Shown here: piece after piece, positions 62,028 to 64,000 of the stretch | How the letters are laid out: the number at the start of each line of letters is the position of its first letter | Numbering within the stretch: the first letter of the stretch is position 1 | Assembly: GCA_963711735.1 (NCBI GenBank) | Contig: CAVQFA010000003.1 | Location: 82,971-146,970, forward strand | Origin: Candidatus Gottesmanbacteria bacterium | GTDB taxonomy: Bacteria; Patescibacteriota; Microgenomatia; UBA10105; UBA927 | Length of the DNA: 64,000 nt | Direction: 5' to 3' | Notes under the pieces: generated by a model | Told to the model about the DNA's origin: nothing | Databases searched by the model: none | What the model saw: only the letters and a program-made list of their open reading frames with translations | Position numbers and translations under genes: made by a program

Positions 62028-62486
62028 ATGGATGACAATCTGCCCGTACAACCCACACAGGGGTCTGCCCAAAACGTGAAGTCGGATGCCGGTGTAAACG
62101 CGCCACCGGCGCAACCAACACCTTTATCCGGATCAATCGGGAAGGAACTTGAGGGAGGAGCGGGGTTAACGGTTGCGGAATCACCCCGCGCAGCAGAGAT
62201 CGGTCACGATGTGGATCTGCCCAAGGAAGTTTCCCGGGTTGGTGTAACGGTCCATCCGACAGTCATTCCGATACCCGCAAATCTCACGCGTGCAGGCGTC
62301 CGGCCTGCGGGGATGAACGTCCCCGCATCAACAGGCGGAGCAACGACGGTTGTACTGCCTTTGACTGATGCAGAAATTGCTGCGGGTCTGACGAAAAGCA
62401 TCACCCTGTCGTGGCGGTGGCTTGCTGAATGGTGTAGAAGGAGAATTAAACAAATTCATACGACGCTCGTATCAAAAAAGAAATAA
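62028..62486 (+). CDS. Hypothetical protein (higher GC, Pro/Ala-rich)
   Basis: 152 aa, immediately upstream of the T4SS-like ATPase. Confidence 0.35.
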   Translation: MDDNLPVQPTQGSAQNVKSDAGVNAPPAQPTPLSGSIGKELEGGAGLTVAESPRAAEIGHDVDLPKEVSRVGVTVHPTVIPIPANLTRAGVRPAGMNVPASTGGATTVVLPLTDAEIAAGLTKSITLSWRWLAEWCRRRIKQIHTTLVSKKK

Positions 62487-62492
62487 TATATT

Positions 62493-64000
62493 ATGAACGA
62501 TCAATTTCTGGACCTTATCTACCGCCTCGAAGCATTTGGAATTGCTCTTGTGTTCCTCATCCTGTTCCTCGGCGGATTTGTACTCCTCGGGTACATCCTG
62601 TTTCTTGTATGGAAAAACCGCAACAGGGAAAGGGAGTCTTTGGAAAGAGTCGTCATGCAGATAGCTGTCCCGCGCGATAATGAGATAAAAATTGATGCGG
62701 CAGAACAGCTGTTTTCAAGTCTTGCGGGTATCCACCATTCGGGATTCTGGTCGTTTTTAACCCCAGCAGAGCACCTCACCTTTGAGATTGTTGCGCGTAA
62801 AGAGGATATACGTTTCTACACGTCTGTTCCGCGTAAGCTCGTCGACCTTGTCGAAAAGCAGATTCACGGCGCATACCCCGGCGCTGACATCCGTGTTGTG
62901 GAGGAGTACAACGTGTTTGACGAAAAAGGCAAAGTCGCATTCGCGGCTTTGTGTTTAAAAAACTCCGATTACATGCCGATTCGGATATTCAGGGATTTGC
63001 CGACCGACCCTCTTTCGTCGATAACGTCAGTCCTTGCAAAGATGCAGGAGGGGGAGGCGGCGGCGATTCAAATCCTCATCCAGCCGGCCGGACATAAATG
63101 GGCGGGTCTTGGGCACAGCTATGTGGCAAAAACCAAAAAGGATGAGGCAAATCCGGAAAAAGCAAGCTTCCGTGTAGATCCCAAAACCCTGGAAGCGGTC
63201 GAGCAGAAATGCACCAAGCCCGGGTTTAACACGGTGGTGCGCATCGTCGTTTCCTCGGATTCCAAAGAGTCAGCCAAGATGCATCTGGATAACGTGACGT
63301 CATCATTCGGACAGTTTGCGTCAGACAATAATTATTTTACAAAAGCCAAACAGCCCATCAAGGCGTTTTTTATGAAAGACTTTATTTACCGGTATTTCCC
63401 GGTTATAAACCCCCCGTTTTTCAAACAGTACGGTGTATGCAACAGCGACGAGCTTGCCACAATCTACCACCTCCCGAATAAATCCGTGGAAACAGCGCAT
63501 ATCTTCTGGCTCAATGCCAAACGCGCACCCGCGCCTTCGCAAATACCCGCAACAGGGATGTTTCTTGGTATTTCCCGCTACCGCGGTATTGACAGGAAGA
63601 TCCACATAAGTGACGAGGACAGGCGCAGGCACATGTACATTATCGGGAAAACAGGCACCGGCAAATCCCAGCTTCTGGAGGAAATGGTTCTCCAGGATAT
63701 CCGTGACGGCAAGGGGCTTGCGGTTGTTGACCCGCACGGTGATCTCATCGAGGGCATTCTTGAGCGTCTTCCTCCGGAGCGGGCAGAGGATGTCATTTAC
63801 TTTGATCCGTCAGATTCAGAGCGTCCGATGGGACTTAATATGCTTGAGGCAAAAACCGAGGACCAGAAGCACTTTGTCGTCACGTCCATTGTCGGGCTTA
63901 TGTACAAGCTCTATGATCCCTATGAAAACCGGCATCATCGGTCCGCGCTTTGAGCACGCCATTCGAAACGCCATGCTGACGGTCATGTCAGAACCCGGCA
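62493..64000 (+). CDS. Type IV secretion/conjugation-type P-loop ATPase (VirB4/TrbE- or VirD4/TrwB-like, FtsK-HerA superfamily); a frameshift near 63925 and then continues past the window end
   Basis: N-terminal TM, then a ~330-aa domain, then the Walker A HMYIIGKTGTGKSQLLEEMVLQDIRDGKGLAVVDPHGDL. After the track stop at 63951 the +1 frame continues: KTGIIGPRFEHAIRNAMLTVMSEPG. Confidence 0.5.

Overview
This 64 kb window reads as a chromosomal fragment from a small-genome, low-GC (about 40%) bacterium. Several hallmarks fit Candidate Phyla Radiation/Patescibacteria: DUF4012-like and DUF5667-like envelope proteins, a class II B12-dependent ribonucleotide reductase beside a B12-salvage module, and ATGA start/stop overlaps. 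TGA is used as a stop codon, so the code is standard. Housekeeping genes are dense: trpS (fused to a tRNA-binding domain), an aspartate racemase, pyrD, upp, ftsB, xerD-like, murF, rpmH-rnpA-yidD-yidC-jag, rplY, nth, epmA-efp, valS, tsaD, groES-groEL, nrdR-nrdJ, a PduO-type adenosyltransferase and an aldehyde dehydrogenase. There are two confident tRNAs, Met-CAT and the rare Ile-TAT. The accessory material includes: (1) a higher-GC, all-minus-strand island (7.39-13.48 kb) holding two paralogous truncated serpin-like proteins, a type III hammerhead ribozyme motif in a 730-nt noncoding gap, a PspA/IM30-like membrane-anchored coiled-coil protein, two membrane proteins and a protein with acidic Trp-rich tandem repeats; (2) a tRNA-like CAT-anticodon element followed by two roughly 1.2 kb cassettes (Rieske protein + cupredoxin + ribbon-helix-helix regulator; an acyltransferase), each bounded by copies of a CCCCGCAA-containing direct repeat; (3) a duplicated ~127-nt intergenic element upstream of two unrelated operons; (4) a higher-GC right end encoding a type IV secretion-like ATPase. 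At least a dozen frameshifts interrupt otherwise recognisable genes (murF x2, valS x3, tsaD, a FemAB-family gene, two hydrolase/acyltransferase genes, others). All are in the same +1 direction, which points to systematic single-base insertion errors rather than biology. No CRISPR array or rRNA was seen.
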